Positions 28,349 through 38,273 of a stretch of 64,000 nucleotides of DNA are shown piece by piece. The stretch lies in assembly GCF_048264965.1 (NCBI RefSeq), contig NZ_JBLXCN010000013.1. One strand, given 5' to 3'. The number at the start of each line of letters is the position of its first letter. The stretch's first letter is position 1. The translations under genes and the position numbers were made by a program. Under the pieces are notes generated by a model. It was not told where the DNA came from, did not search any database, and worked only from the letters and a program-made list of their open reading frames with translations. The stretch is from Roseovarius sp. Its GTDB lineage: Bacteria > Pseudomonadota > Alphaproteobacteria > Rhodobacterales > Rhodobacteraceae.

Positions 28349-29266
28349 TTGGCAAAAGACCGTGGACAAGGCGACGATTACACCGGCCCGCTCAAGCGTT
28401 TGCTTTTGGGGGTCGTTTTGCTGTGTCTTCTGGGGCTTTTCCTTGTCTGGCGGATCGACAGCCCGCGCGTCGAACGGTTTCGCGCCCAGGTCGTCGACCG
28501 CGTCGTGCCGAGCTTTGACTGGGCGATGGCGCCGGTCACCGGGGCGGTCAATATCCTGCGCGATTTCCAGAGCTATCAGCGCATGTATCACCAGAACCAG
28601 GAATTGCGCCGCGAGTTGCAGCAGATGAAGGCCTGGAAAGAGGCGGCGCTTCAGCTTGAACAGGAAAACGCCCGGCTGCTTGATCTCAACAACGTGCAGC
28701 TTGACCCGCGGCTGACCTTTGTCACCGGTGTGGTGATGGCCGACAGCGGATCGCCGTTTCGCCAATCGGTGCTGATCAATGTCGGTGCGCGCGATGGCAT
28801 CATGGATGGCTGGGCGGCGATGGACGGGCTTGGCCTTGTCGGACGGATTTCCGGCGTCGGGCGCAATACCGCGCGGGTGATCCTTTTGACCGACACCTCA
28901 AGCCGCGTCCCGGTCACGATTCAGCCCTCTGGACAACAGGCCCTGTTGATCGGCGACAATAGCGCGGCCCCCCCCGTCGACTTTATCGAGAACCCGGATC
29001 AGGTGCGCCCCGGCGACCGGATTCTGACCTCGGGCGATGGCGGGGTGTTTCCCGCCGGCCTGTTGGTGGGCCAGCTTGCCGAAGATCCCGGTGGGCGTAT
29101 GCGGCTGCGCATTGCCGCCGATTACGAGCGGCTTGAATTCCTGCGCGTGCTGCGCAGTTACGGCCACGAGGACCTGACCGACCCCGGCCAGCTGATTGCG
29201 CCGGTCCAATTGCCTCAGGAAGCGGCGCCCGAGGGGGCCCAGGCGGTGGAGGCAGGCAATGGCTGA
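28349..29266 (+). CDS. mreC: Rod shape-determining protein MreC
   Basis: N-terminal TM, coiled coil, LEQENARLLDLN, GDRILTSGDGGVFPAG; TTG start. Confidence 0.95.
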   Translation: MAKDRGQGDDYTGPLKRLLLGVVLLCLLGLFLVWRIDSPRVERFRAQVVDRVVPSFDWAMAPVTGAVNILRDFQSYQRMYHQNQELRRELQQMKAWKEAALQLEQENARLLDLNNVQLDPRLTFVTGVVMADSGSPFRQSVLINVGARDGIMDGWAAMDGLGLVGRISGVGRNTARVILLTDTSSRVPVTIQPSGQQALLIGDNSAAPPVDFIENPDQVRPGDRILTSGDGGVFPAGLLVGQLAEDPGGRMRLRIAADYERLEFLRVLRSYGHEDLTDPGQLIAPVQLPQEAAPEGAQAVEAGNG

Positions 29267-29798
29267 TCGTTTCATCCACCGCTACTGGCTGATGCGCGCG
29301 CTGTATCTTCTGATATGTATCTTTTTGATATTCATGCACCTTTTGCCACTTGATACGCGACCGTCCAACTGGACCGGGCCCGATCTTGTGCTGGCGCTCA
29401 CCTTTGCCTGGGTGTTGCGCCGTCCGGAGTATGTGCCGGTTCTGCTGATCGCGGTGGTAGCGCTTGGCATGGATCTCTTGTTCCAGCGCCCACCGGGCCT
29501 TTGGGCGGCCTGCGTCGTGATGGGGGCCGAGACCCTGCGCAACCGCGCGCCGATGCTGCGCGACCTGAGCTTTTTCGCCGAATGGGCCTCGGTGGCAAGC
29601 ACGATGGTGCTGATCACGCTGGCCTATCGCGTGGTCCTGTCGGTGCTCATGGTCGATCAGGCGCCACTTGGGCTTAGCCTGATGCAGCTTTTGTTCACAC
29701 TGATGGTCTATCCGGTGGTCGCCGTTGCGTCGCACACCCTGATGGGGGTCCGCAGGGCCAGCCCGCGCGACCTTGATGCAAACGGCAGACGGATATGA
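29259..29798 (+). CDS. mreD: Rod shape-determining protein MreD
   Basis: Hydrophobic, PDLVLALTFAWVLRRP; position between mreC and mrdA. Confidence 0.9.
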   Translation: MADRFIHRYWLMRALYLLICIFLIFMHLLPLDTRPSNWTGPDLVLALTFAWVLRRPEYVPVLLIAVVALGMDLLFQRPPGLWAACVVMGAETLRNRAPMLRDLSFFAEWASVASTMVLITLAYRVVLSVLMVDQAPLGLSLMQLLFTLMVYPVVAVASHTLMGVRRASPRDLDANGRRI

Positions 29799-31738
29799 GA
29801 CGTCCGGGGCGCGATACCGCTGAAAGCCAGCGGCGCATAACCCGGCGCGGCCTTGTCGTGGGCGGGCTGATGGCTGGTGTCATGGGCGTTCTGGCGCTGC
29901 GCATGCGCTATATGCAGGTCGAACAGGCCGATCAGTTCCGCCTTCTGGCCGATGAAAACCGGATCAACATCCAGCTGATTCCGCCAACCCGCGGCCGCCT
30001 GTTTGACCGCAACGGCGCGGTGATCGCCGAAAACGTGCCAAGCTACCGCATCACCATGACCCGCGAACAGGCCGGTGACGTGGATGCGGTGATCGCACGG
30101 CTGGCCAAGCTGGTCGAACTGGACCCTGACGAGTTGGAGCGCGCCCGCCGCGATCTTGGCGAATTGCGTGGCGACACGCCCGTCACCATCGCCGACCGTG
30201 TAAGCTGGAGCGCGATAAGCCGGGTCGCGGTCAATGCCCCCGCTCTGCCCGGTGTCCTGCCCGAGGTCGGCCTGTCGCGGCGCTATCCGGCAACCAATGA
30301 TTACGCGCATGTTGTCGGCTATGTAGGGACGGTCAGCGACAAGGACATTGAACGGATCGACGCGCCGGAACAGCTTTTGCGCTTGCCCCGGTTCCAGATC
30401 GGCAAGATCGGACTGGAGGCCAAGCGGGAAAACCTGCTGCGCGGCAGCGCCGGCACCCGCCGCGTCGAGGTGAACGCCGCAGGCCGGGTCATGCGCGAAC
30501 TTGACCGTCAGGAAGGCCAGCCCGGCGCCGACATGCAGCTGACGCTGGACAACAACCTGCAATCTTACACCAATGCGCGCCTTGAAGGCGAAAGCGCGGC
30601 GGCGGTGGTGATTGACTGCGACACCGGCGACCTTCTGGCCTGCGCCTCGGCGCCAAGCTATGATCCCAACCTTTTCGTGCGCGGCATTTCGGTGTCCGAT
30701 TACAAGGCCTTGCTTGACGATCCCTATCGCCCTCTGCCCAATAAGGCGGTGCAGGGCATCTACCCGCCCGGATCGACCTTCAAGATGGTCACCGCACTGG
30801 CGGCGCTTGAGGACGGGCAGATCGCACTTGATGACACGGTCTATTGCCCCGGCTACACGGAAATCAGCGGTCGCCGCTTTCACTGCTGGAAGCGCGGCGG
30901 GCATGGCAATGTCGACCTGCATCGCTCGCTGCGCGAAAGCTGTGACATCTATTACTATGACCTAGCCGTACGCACCGGCATCGAAAAGATAAGCGCGATG
31001 GCAGAGCGGCTTGGGCTTGGGGTTCAGTTTGACCTGCCGATGACCAGCGTTGCCAAGGGCCTTGCCCCGACGCGCGAGTGGAAACAGGCAAACCGGGGCC
31101 AGCCATGGGTGATCGGCGACAGTGTGAACACCGCCATCGGTCAGGGCTTTGTTCTGGCCTCGCCCCTGCAATTGGCGGTCATGACAGCGCGGATCGCCAC
31201 TAGTCGGGCGGTGACGCCTCGCCTGATCAAGTCAATCGACGGGGTTGAACAGCCCACTGGGCATGGCGACACGCTCGGGCTTAACGAAAACCTCATGCGC
31301 GAGGTCCGCAAGGCGATGTTCGCCGTCTCCAACAGCAACCGCGGCACCGCCTATCGCAGCCGCATCATCGACGATGCCTTTCGCATGGCGGGCAAGACCG
31401 GCACAAGCCAGGTGCGCAATATCACCGCGAACGAGCGCGCCAGCGGCGTGGTCAACAACCGTGATTTGCCGTGGGAGCGGCGTGATCATGCGCTGTTCGT
31501 CAACTTTGCGCCGTTTGACGCGCCAAAGATAGCTGTCGCCGTGGTTGTGGAACATGGCGGCGGGGGATCAACCGCCGCCGCGCCGATTGCCCGCGATATC
31601 ACCCTTCAGGCGCTCTATGGCGAAGACCCGCCGCTAGAGGCCTATCCCGCCGCAGACCGCAGCCGGATCAAGGCGCTTCAGGAAAAACTGCGCCGTGCGC
31701 GCCCCCAAGCGGGACCGGACGGGAAAGATCGCGCATGA
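29795..31738 (+). CDS. mrdA: Penicillin-binding protein 2
   Basis: PGSTFK (SxxK), SCD (SxN variant), GKTGTSQV. Confidence 0.96.
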   Translation: MRRPGRDTAESQRRITRRGLVVGGLMAGVMGVLALRMRYMQVEQADQFRLLADENRINIQLIPPTRGRLFDRNGAVIAENVPSYRITMTREQAGDVDAVIARLAKLVELDPDELERARRDLGELRGDTPVTIADRVSWSAISRVAVNAPALPGVLPEVGLSRRYPATNDYAHVVGYVGTVSDKDIERIDAPEQLLRLPRFQIGKIGLEAKRENLLRGSAGTRRVEVNAAGRVMRELDRQEGQPGADMQLTLDNNLQSYTNARLEGESAAAVVIDCDTGDLLACASAPSYDPNLFVRGISVSDYKALLDDPYRPLPNKAVQGIYPPGSTFKMVTALAALEDGQIALDDTVYCPGYTEISGRRFHCWKRGGHGNVDLHRSLRESCDIYYYDLAVRTGIEKISAMAERLGLGVQFDLPMTSVAKGLAPTREWKQANRGQPWVIGDSVNTAIGQGFVLASPLQLAVMTARIATSRAVTPRLIKSIDGVEQPTGHGDTLGLNENLMREVRKAMFAVSNSNRGTAYRSRIIDDAFRMAGKTGTSQVRNITANERASGVVNNRDLPWERRDHALFVNFAPFDAPKIAVAVVVEHGGGGSTAAAPIARDITLQALYGEDPPLEAYPAADRSRIKALQEKLRRARPQAGPDGKDRA

Positions 31739-32874
31739 GCTATCTTGAATATACCGTCAAGACCACGCCGAGCGGGCCGGGCAAGGTGCTTCACCTCAAC
31801 TGGCCCCTCGTAGTCCTGTTGGTGGCGGTGGCCGGGGTCGGCTTCCTGATGCTTTATTCGGTCGCGGGCGGGTCGCTCTCGCCATGGGCAGAACCGCAGA
31901 TGAAACGGTTTGCGCTCGGCTTTGCCGTCATGCTGACCGTGGCGATGGTGCCGATCTGGTTCTGGCGCAATATGTCTCTGCTCGCCTATCTGGTCTCGCT
32001 GGCCTTGTTGATTGCCGTGGCCCTGGTCGGGATCGAGGGCAAGGGGGCGCAACGCTGGATCGATATCGGCTTCATGCGATTGCAGCCCTCGGAACTTGTG
32101 AAAATCACGCTGGTGATGCTTTTGGCCGCCTATTACGACTGGTTGCCGATGTCGCGGGTGTCGCGCCCCGTCTGGGTTGCCCTGCCGGTGGCGATGATCC
32201 TTTTCCCCGTGGCGCTTGTGCTACGCCAGCCGGACCTTGGCACCTCGATCCTCTTGCTGGCGGCGGGCGGGGTGATGATGTTCATCGCTGGGGTGCATTG
32301 GGCCTATTTTGCCACCGTCATCGCCGCCGTCGTGGCGCTTGTTTTCGCAGTTTTCGAAAGTCGCGGCACCCCCTGGCAGATGCTTGAGAATTACCAGTAT
32401 CGCCGGATCGACACCTTTCTGAATCCTGACAATGACCCGCTTGGCGCCGGCTATCACATCACCCAATCCAAGATCGCGCTTGGGTCGGGCGGCTGGACGG
32501 GGCGCGGGTTCATGCAGGGCACGCAATCGCGGCTTAACTTTTTGCCTGAAAAGCATACCGACTTCATCTTTGTGACCCTGGCCGAGGAATTCGGCTTTGT
32601 CGGGGCAATCTCGATTCTCGGGCTGTACGCGCTGATCCTGATCTTTTGCATATCGACGGCCCTGTCCAACCGTGATCGCTATTCCTCGCTTCTGACGCTT
32701 GGGATTGCGATGACGTTTTTCCTGTTCTTTTCGGTCAATATGTCGATGGTCATGGGCTTGATGCCGGTGGTCGGCGTGCCCTTGCCACTGGTAAGCTATG
32801 GCGGTTCGGCCATGCTTGTCCTGATGGTCGGATTCGGCCTTGTCCAAAGCGCACATATTCACAAACCAAGGTAA
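31735..32874 (+). CDS. rodA: SEDS family peptidoglycan polymerase RodA
   Basis: GAQRWI, LQPSE, QPDLGT, FLPEKHTDFIF, PLVSYGG. Confidence 0.96.
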   Translation: MSYLEYTVKTTPSGPGKVLHLNWPLVVLLVAVAGVGFLMLYSVAGGSLSPWAEPQMKRFALGFAVMLTVAMVPIWFWRNMSLLAYLVSLALLIAVALVGIEGKGAQRWIDIGFMRLQPSELVKITLVMLLAAYYDWLPMSRVSRPVWVALPVAMILFPVALVLRQPDLGTSILLLAAGGVMMFIAGVHWAYFATVIAAVVALVFAVFESRGTPWQMLENYQYRRIDTFLNPDNDPLGAGYHITQSKIALGSGGWTGRGFMQGTQSRLNFLPEKHTDFIFVTLAEEFGFVGAISILGLYALILIFCISTALSNRDRYSSLLTLGIAMTFFLFFSVNMSMVMGLMPVVGVPLPLVSYGGSAMLVLMVGFGLVQSAHIHKPR

Positions 32875-32880
32875 GATTTC

Positions 32881-33813
32881 ATGCCCCTAAACGTCCTTTT
32901 CGCTGCCCGCCCCGAGCGGTGGGAAACCTATGAAGCGCCCTTGAAAACCGCCCTTGCAGAGGCCGGGATCAAGGCCAGGCTTGCCACCGACATGCCCGCC
33001 GATGAGGTCGATTACATCGTCTATGCGCCCAATAGCGGGGTCGAGGATTTCACCCCCTTCACACGCGCCAAGGCCGTTCTGAACCTCTGGGCAGGGGTCG
33101 AGGATGTTGTCGGCAACCCCACCCTGCACCTGCCGCTGGCGCGAATGGTCGACCACGGGCTGACGCAGGGCATGGTGGAATGGGTGACAGGCCATGTGCT
33201 GCGCCATCACCTTGGAATGGATGCGCATATTCTTGGGCAGGACGGGATCTGGCGCAAGGATGTGCCGCCGCTGGCACCGGATCGCCGGGTGAGCATCCTT
33301 GGCCTGGGCGCTCTTGGACAGGCCTGCGCAGAAGCCCTTGGGCGGCTTGGCTTTGCCGTGACCGGTTGGAGCCGGAGCCAGAAAGAGATCGACGGCATGA
33401 CCTGTCTTTCGGGCGACAAGGGGCTGGTGTCTGCGCTTCAAAGCGCTGATATCCTGGTGCTTTTGCTGCCGCTGACCCGTGGTACGGAAAACATCCTGAA
33501 CGCCAAAACGCTGGCCCATCTGCCACGCGGCGCGGTGATCGTGAACCCCGGTCGCGGGCCGCTGATCGACGATGACGCGCTTTTGGCAGCCTTGGACAAA
33601 GGCGAGATCGGCCATGCCACGCTTGACGTGTTCCGCGAAGAGCCGCTACCGGCAGAGCACCCGTTCTGGGCCCATCCGCACGTGACCGTGACGCCGCATA
33701 TCGCCTCGGAAACGCGGCCAAGGTCGGCCTCGCAGGTGATTGCGGAAAACATTCGGCGCGGCGAGGCCGGTGAGCCATTCATCAACCTGGTTGACCGCGA
33801 CCTGGGATATTAG
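32881..33813 (+). CDS. ghrA: Glyoxylate/hydroxypyruvate reductase A (D-2-hydroxyacid dehydrogenase)
   Basis: WAGVE, ILGLGALG, NPGRG, LDVFREEPL, TPHIAS. Confidence 0.88.
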   Translation: MPLNVLFAARPERWETYEAPLKTALAEAGIKARLATDMPADEVDYIVYAPNSGVEDFTPFTRAKAVLNLWAGVEDVVGNPTLHLPLARMVDHGLTQGMVEWVTGHVLRHHLGMDAHILGQDGIWRKDVPPLAPDRRVSILGLGALGQACAEALGRLGFAVTGWSRSQKEIDGMTCLSGDKGLVSALQSADILVLLLPLTRGTENILNAKTLAHLPRGAVIVNPGRGPLIDDDALLAALDKGEIGHATLDVFREEPLPAEHPFWAHPHVTVTPHIASETRPRSASQVIAENIRRGEAGEPFINLVDRDLGY

Positions 33814-33835
33814 GCGCGCGCCGAAAGGGGCATGG

Positions 33836-34621
33836 CTATCGCAGAATCGGAGGTTTGGCGGGATCAGAGCCCGGCGCGCGCCGTGGCGCGGGTGCCTCAT
33901 GCTGCGGCAGGTCGAACCGAAGCCCACAGGTGGCAAGCTGCGCAGCCGCCCGGTCACTGGCGGCAAAGAACGCCACATCAAGAGCAGCCGCCTCAAGGCC
34001 GGAAAAGATAAGCGCCTCTGACACGGCCTGTGCCAAGGCCGCCTCGGCACCGGGTACCGCATCGACAAAGCCAAGCATGTGGCCCTGCGCGCGGCTTTCA
34101 TAGGTCACCCCCACGAGATAGGCCAGCGGGGCGAGCCCCGTGGCACTGGCAAGGCGGGCATCAAGCGCAAGCAGGAAGGCTTCGGGCAGGCCTTTGGGCG
34201 GTGTAAAGCTCTCGACGCGCGCCTCGATTTCGGCCGGACCAGTGCCAAGCGTCTCAGCCAGCCAATCCACCGCCTCGGGCGGAATGAGGATGGATGAGGG
34301 CGCCACCTCGAGGTTGACACCAAGCCCGATCCCCTGCCCGGCCAGCATCGAGGCAATCATGCGCCCGGTGAGCGCCGCATATGGCGCCGGGCGATTGGCA
34401 AAGCTGGCAAGCCGGGCCTCCTGATCAAAGACCAGCACAAAGGAATGATCCGAAAGCTCGAACACCTCGGGATCAATCGCCTCGCCGTCCGCCTCGGATT
34501 TCAGCAACAGATAAAGCTCGCTCGCCGCGAGCGTTTCATAAAACCGCATGCGGGCACTGGCATCCTCGGGGGCAGCCTCCATCGCGGCATGGGCGGCGTC
34601 AAGGCGGGTGAGCTCAGTCAT
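33836..34621 (-). CDS. SseB family protein
   Basis: RMRFYETLAASELYLLL, VLVFDQEARL, GLGVNL. Confidence 0.8.
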   Translation of the reverse strand: MTELTRLDAAHAAMEAAPEDASARMRFYETLAASELYLLLKSEADGEAIDPEVFELSDHSFVLVFDQEARLASFANRPAPYAALTGRMIASMLAGQGIGLGVNLEVAPSSILIPPEAVDWLAETLGTGPAEIEARVESFTPPKGLPEAFLLALDARLASATGLAPLAYLVGVTYESRAQGHMLGFVDAVPGAEAALAQAVSEALIFSGLEAAALDVAFFAASDRAAAQLATCGLRFDLPQHEAPAPRRAPGSDPAKPPILR

Positions 34622-35201
34622 ATATGACCCTTTGAACCTCTGCGCGTAATTCGGGCAATACATCGGCCTCGAACCACGGGTTTTTCCTGAGCCAAGCGGT
34701 ATTGCGCCACGACGGGTGCGGCAAGGCAAAAAGCCGCGGTGCATGGTCGCGCCAGGCCTTGACGGTGGCCGTCACCCCGGTTTTCACGCCGAGATGATAT
34801 TTATGCGCATAGCCGCCAACGAGAATGGTTAGCTCTATCTTTTCAAGATCCTGCATGACCTTATCGTGCCATGTGGCCCCACAGATACGCGGTGGCGGAA
34901 GATCAGAGCCCTTGGCATCATAGCCCGGAAAGCAAAACGCCATGGGCACGATGGCCACGCGGGACTGATCGTAAAACTGCGCCTCGCTCAGCCCCAGCCA
35001 ATCGCGCAGGCGCGCGCCCGAAGGATCGTCAAACGGCTTGCCCGATTGATGCACCCGCATTCCCGGCGCTTGCCCCGCGATCAGGATACGGGCCGAGGGG
35101 CGAAACCAGACCACCGGACGCGGGCTGTGGCGGGTCTGGGTGGCGGCAAAACGCTCTGCGCAAAGCGTACAGGCGCGGATCTGATCGCCTAGCGGCTTCA
35201 T
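34614..35201 (-). CDS. Uracil-DNA glycosylase superfamily protein
   Basis: IAGQAPG, PFDDPSGARLR, FCFPG, LPHPSWRN. Confidence 0.88.
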   Translation of the reverse strand: MKPLGDQIRACTLCAERFAATQTRHSPRPVVWFRPSARILIAGQAPGMRVHQSGKPFDDPSGARLRDWLGLSEAQFYDQSRVAIVPMAFCFPGYDAKGSDLPPPRICGATWHDKVMQDLEKIELTILVGGYAHKYHLGVKTGVTATVKAWRDHAPRLFALPHPSWRNTAWLRKNPWFEADVLPELRAEVQRVIYD

Positions 35202-35208
35202 CGCCGGG

Positions 35209-35805
35209 TCATGCAAGCGTCACCCCGGCCTCGCGCATCCCCGAAAGGGCGGCGGCGAGCGAGCCATCCAGATCAATCGCACGACAGAGATCTCGGCGCA
35301 CCGTCACGGAATACCCCAAACGCGCCGCATCGACCGCCGAAAAGTTGACGCAGAAATCGGTGGCAAGACCAACCATCGTCACCTCGCTGATCCCGCGGGT
35401 GCGCAGATAACCGTCAAGCCCGGTCGGTGTTTCGTGGTCATTCTCGAAAAACGCCGAATAGCTGTCGATCGACGCATTCATGCCCTTGCGGATAATCGCA
35501 TCGGCGCGGGATGTCTCAAGCCCCACATGAAAGGCGGCGCCGGGCGTGCCTTGAATACAGTGGTCGGGCCAGAGCACCTGGGGGCCATAAGGCATCTCGA
35601 TCATCTCGAACGGCGCCTTGCCGGCATGCGAGGACGCAAAGGATGAATGCCCCTTGGGGTGCCAGTCCTGCGTCAGGATCACCACGTCGAACCGGGCCAT
35701 CAGCGCATTGATACCCGCCACCACCTCATCGCCACCCGAGACAGCCAGGGCGCCGCCGGGACAGAAATCGTTTTGCACGTCGATCACGATCAGGGCTTGG
35801 GTCAT
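35209..35805 (-). CDS. pncA: Nicotinamidase/pyrazinamidase
   Basis: IDVQNDFCPGG, DWHP, WPDHC, GLATDFCV. Confidence 0.95.
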   Translation of the reverse strand: MTQALIVIDVQNDFCPGGALAVSGGDEVVAGINALMARFDVVILTQDWHPKGHSSFASSHAGKAPFEMIEMPYGPQVLWPDHCIQGTPGAAFHVGLETSRADAIIRKGMNASIDSYSAFFENDHETPTGLDGYLRTRGISEVTMVGLATDFCVNFSAVDAARLGYSVTVRRDLCRAIDLDGSLAAALSGMREAGVTLA

Positions 35806-35912
35806 GGGCTGCCTCCTTTTGCCTTCCTAGGGGTAAGCGGGCGCGGGCCCTGCGTCAATGGCGCCACTTTGTCCTCTTGTTCAGTCAGTGGGAAATGGCT
35901 AAATCGCGAAAT

Positions 35913-36827
35913 ATGTACAAAATTGCCGCGCTCTATCATTTCACCCGCTTTGACGACCCCGCAACGATTCAGGGGCCGCTTTTGGCGCTCTGCGAGGCGG
36001 AAAAGATAAGCGGATCCCTTTTGCTTGCCCGCGAGGGGATCAATGGCACGATCGCAGGCCCGGACGCGGGAATTGCGCGCGTGTTGTCCCATATCCGCGC
36101 CCTGCCCGGCTGCGCCGATATGGAATGGAAAGAAAGCCACAGCGCGGCTCAGCCGTTTCGCCGCCTCAAGGTTCGGCTGAAAAAAGAGATCGTCACCATG
36201 GGCCAGCCCGATGTGGATCCGCGGGCGCGGGTCGGTCACTATGTCGAGCCGTCGGATTGGAACGCCCTGATCGAAAGCCCGGATGTGGCCGTGATCGACA
36301 CCCGCAATGACTATGAGGTGGCGATTGGCACCTTCAAAGGCGCGGTAGACCCCGAAACCGCCAGCTTTCGCGAGTTCCCCGCCTGGTGGGAGGAAAACAA
36401 GCACCGCTTTCACAACAAGCGGATAGCGATGTTCTGTACCGGCGGCATCCGCTGCGAAAAGTCGACGAATTACCTGCTCGGCCAGGGCGTCGAGGATGTC
36501 TATCATCTCAAGGGCGGTATTCTGAAATATCTCGAAGACGTGCCGCAAGAGCAGAGCACCTGGGAGGGCGAGTGTTTCGTCTTCGATGCGCGCGTCTCCG
36601 TGGGTCATGGCCTTGACGAGGGGCCGCACCGGCTCTGCCACGCCTGCCGCCGCCCGATCCTGCCCGAGGACACCAGGCGCCCCGAATACGAAGAGGGCGT
36701 CGCCTGTCACCACTGTGCGCATGAGACCACGCAAGAGGGCAAGGACCGCTTTCGCGAACGTCAAAAGCAAATGGCTTTGGCCGAAGCGCGTGGCGAACGC
36801 CATATCAAGGTGGTGCACGAAGAGTAA
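35913..36827 (+). CDS. trhO: Rhodanese-domain tRNA uridine(34) hydroxylase (UPF0176/TrhO)
   Basis: EGINGT, VRLKKEIVTMG, DTRNDYE, MFCTGGIRCEK, HLKGGILKY, CFVFD. Confidence 0.9.
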   Translation: MYKIAALYHFTRFDDPATIQGPLLALCEAEKISGSLLLAREGINGTIAGPDAGIARVLSHIRALPGCADMEWKESHSAAQPFRRLKVRLKKEIVTMGQPDVDPRARVGHYVEPSDWNALIESPDVAVIDTRNDYEVAIGTFKGAVDPETASFREFPAWWEENKHRFHNKRIAMFCTGGIRCEKSTNYLLGQGVEDVYHLKGGILKYLEDVPQEQSTWEGECFVFDARVSVGHGLDEGPHRLCHACRRPILPEDTRRPEYEEGVACHHCAHETTQEGKDRFRERQKQMALAEARGERHIKVVHEE

Positions 36828-36863
36828 TATCTTCAGGTGCTGTGCAACTGGCCAGCTTCGGAA

Positions 36864-36925
36864 TTGAGTATTTGCGCCAAGAAGAAGATCAGGACGTCCG
36901 ACTTCTTCTTGGTCAAAATACTCAA
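36864..36925. repeat. Palindromic intergenic repeat between convergent genes
   Basis: TTGAGTATTT-gcg-CCAAGAAGAAG ... CTTCTTCTTGG-tca-AAATACTCAA, 24-bp arms. Confidence 0.8.
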
Positions 36926-36938
36926 AATACACTGTATC

Positions 36939-38156
36939 TCAGGCAAGCTGGGGCTCGCGGGTGCGCGTGCGGGTCAGGATCAGCGCCATGATCCCGATAT
37001 TGAGGGCATTCCAGGCGATCCCGTTTAGAAATGCCATCTGGTAGCTGCCGGTCAGATCATAGATCCAGCCTGACATCCATCCGCCAAGCGCCATGCCCGC
37101 GATTGTGGACATCAGAACGAAGCCGACGCGACGGCCTGCTTCCTGGCTTGGCATGTATTCGCGCACGATCACCGCATAACTTGGCACGATCCCCCCCTGA
37201 GCGAGGCCGAAGATCAGGCTGACCACATAAAGCGAGGTCAACCCGCCGGAGGGCAGATAAAAGAACAGCGCCAGGCATTGCAGGGTCGAGCCGATCAGCA
37301 GGGTGCGCACCCCGCCCAGCCAGTCGGACATCAACCCGGAAATCAGCCGCGATACCACCCCGCCCAAAAGCATCAGCGACAGCATTTGTGACCCGACAGC
37401 GGGGCCATAACCAAGATCGACGCAATAGCTGACGATGTGGACCTGCGGCATCGACATTGCAACGCAGCACCCGACCCCCGCCAGCCCGAGCATCAGCATC
37501 AGGGTGCGCGGCGCTATGCCTGCGGCGCCCGCCCGCGCACTTGAGAGGGTGTCGGCATGCACCCGCGCCGCCAGCGGCACCCGGCGACGCAGGAGCAGGG
37601 CAAGCGGGATCACAGTCACAATCGTCACCACCGCCAGCACCAGATAGACCGCGCGCCAGCCCTGATTGGCCAGGATCCCTGCAAGGATCACCGGCCAGAT
37701 CGCACCCGACAGGTAATTGCCGCTTGCGGTGATCGCCACGGCGATGCCGCGGCGGCGCACGAACCAGAGCGACACATCGGCGATGAGCGGGCCAAAGCTT
37801 GCTGCGGTGCCAAATCCGATCAGGATTTGCAGCCCGGCCAGAACCACCACTGAGGGGCTGATCGCCGCCAGGCCGGTGGCGGTCGCGATAAGCATTGCCG
37901 CGCCACACAAGGCGGTCGAGATGCCAAAGCGGTCGACGATCCGTCCAATGCCGAAATTTCCGATAGCAAAGCCCACCATGGTCATCGTGTAGGGCAGCGA
38001 TGCCGCCGCTCGATCGACCCCAAATTCAACCTGCATCGCGGGCATCACCACGATGATCGACCACATGCCGACATTGCCCACCATGGCAATCAGCAGCGAC
38101 ACGGCAAGACGTGTCCAGGCATAGCGGCTATCGAGGATCTGAATATCGGCGTTCAT
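36939..38156 (-). CDS. MFS transporter
   Basis: About 12 TM helices; GRIVDRFG and GLMSDWLGG MFS loop motifs. Confidence 0.88.
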   Translation of the reverse strand: MNADIQILDSRYAWTRLAVSLLIAMVGNVGMWSIIVVMPAMQVEFGVDRAAASLPYTMTMVGFAIGNFGIGRIVDRFGISTALCGAAMLIATATGLAAISPSVVVLAGLQILIGFGTAASFGPLIADVSLWFVRRRGIAVAITASGNYLSGAIWPVILAGILANQGWRAVYLVLAVVTIVTVIPLALLLRRRVPLAARVHADTLSSARAGAAGIAPRTLMLMLGLAGVGCCVAMSMPQVHIVSYCVDLGYGPAVGSQMLSLMLLGGVVSRLISGLMSDWLGGVRTLLIGSTLQCLALFFYLPSGGLTSLYVVSLIFGLAQGGIVPSYAVIVREYMPSQEAGRRVGFVLMSTIAGMALGGWMSGWIYDLTGSYQMAFLNGIAWNALNIGIMALILTRTRTREPQLA

Positions 38157-38273
38157 GGGCGCGACGTTAAAGTGGGTCGCACAGTCTGACCAGCCGCAAA
38201 ATGCGTCGCCCGCGGCGAGGGCTTGGCCTTGGGTCCGGGGCGCTGTATCAACCCGCCAAAGAGGAGTCCTGCC

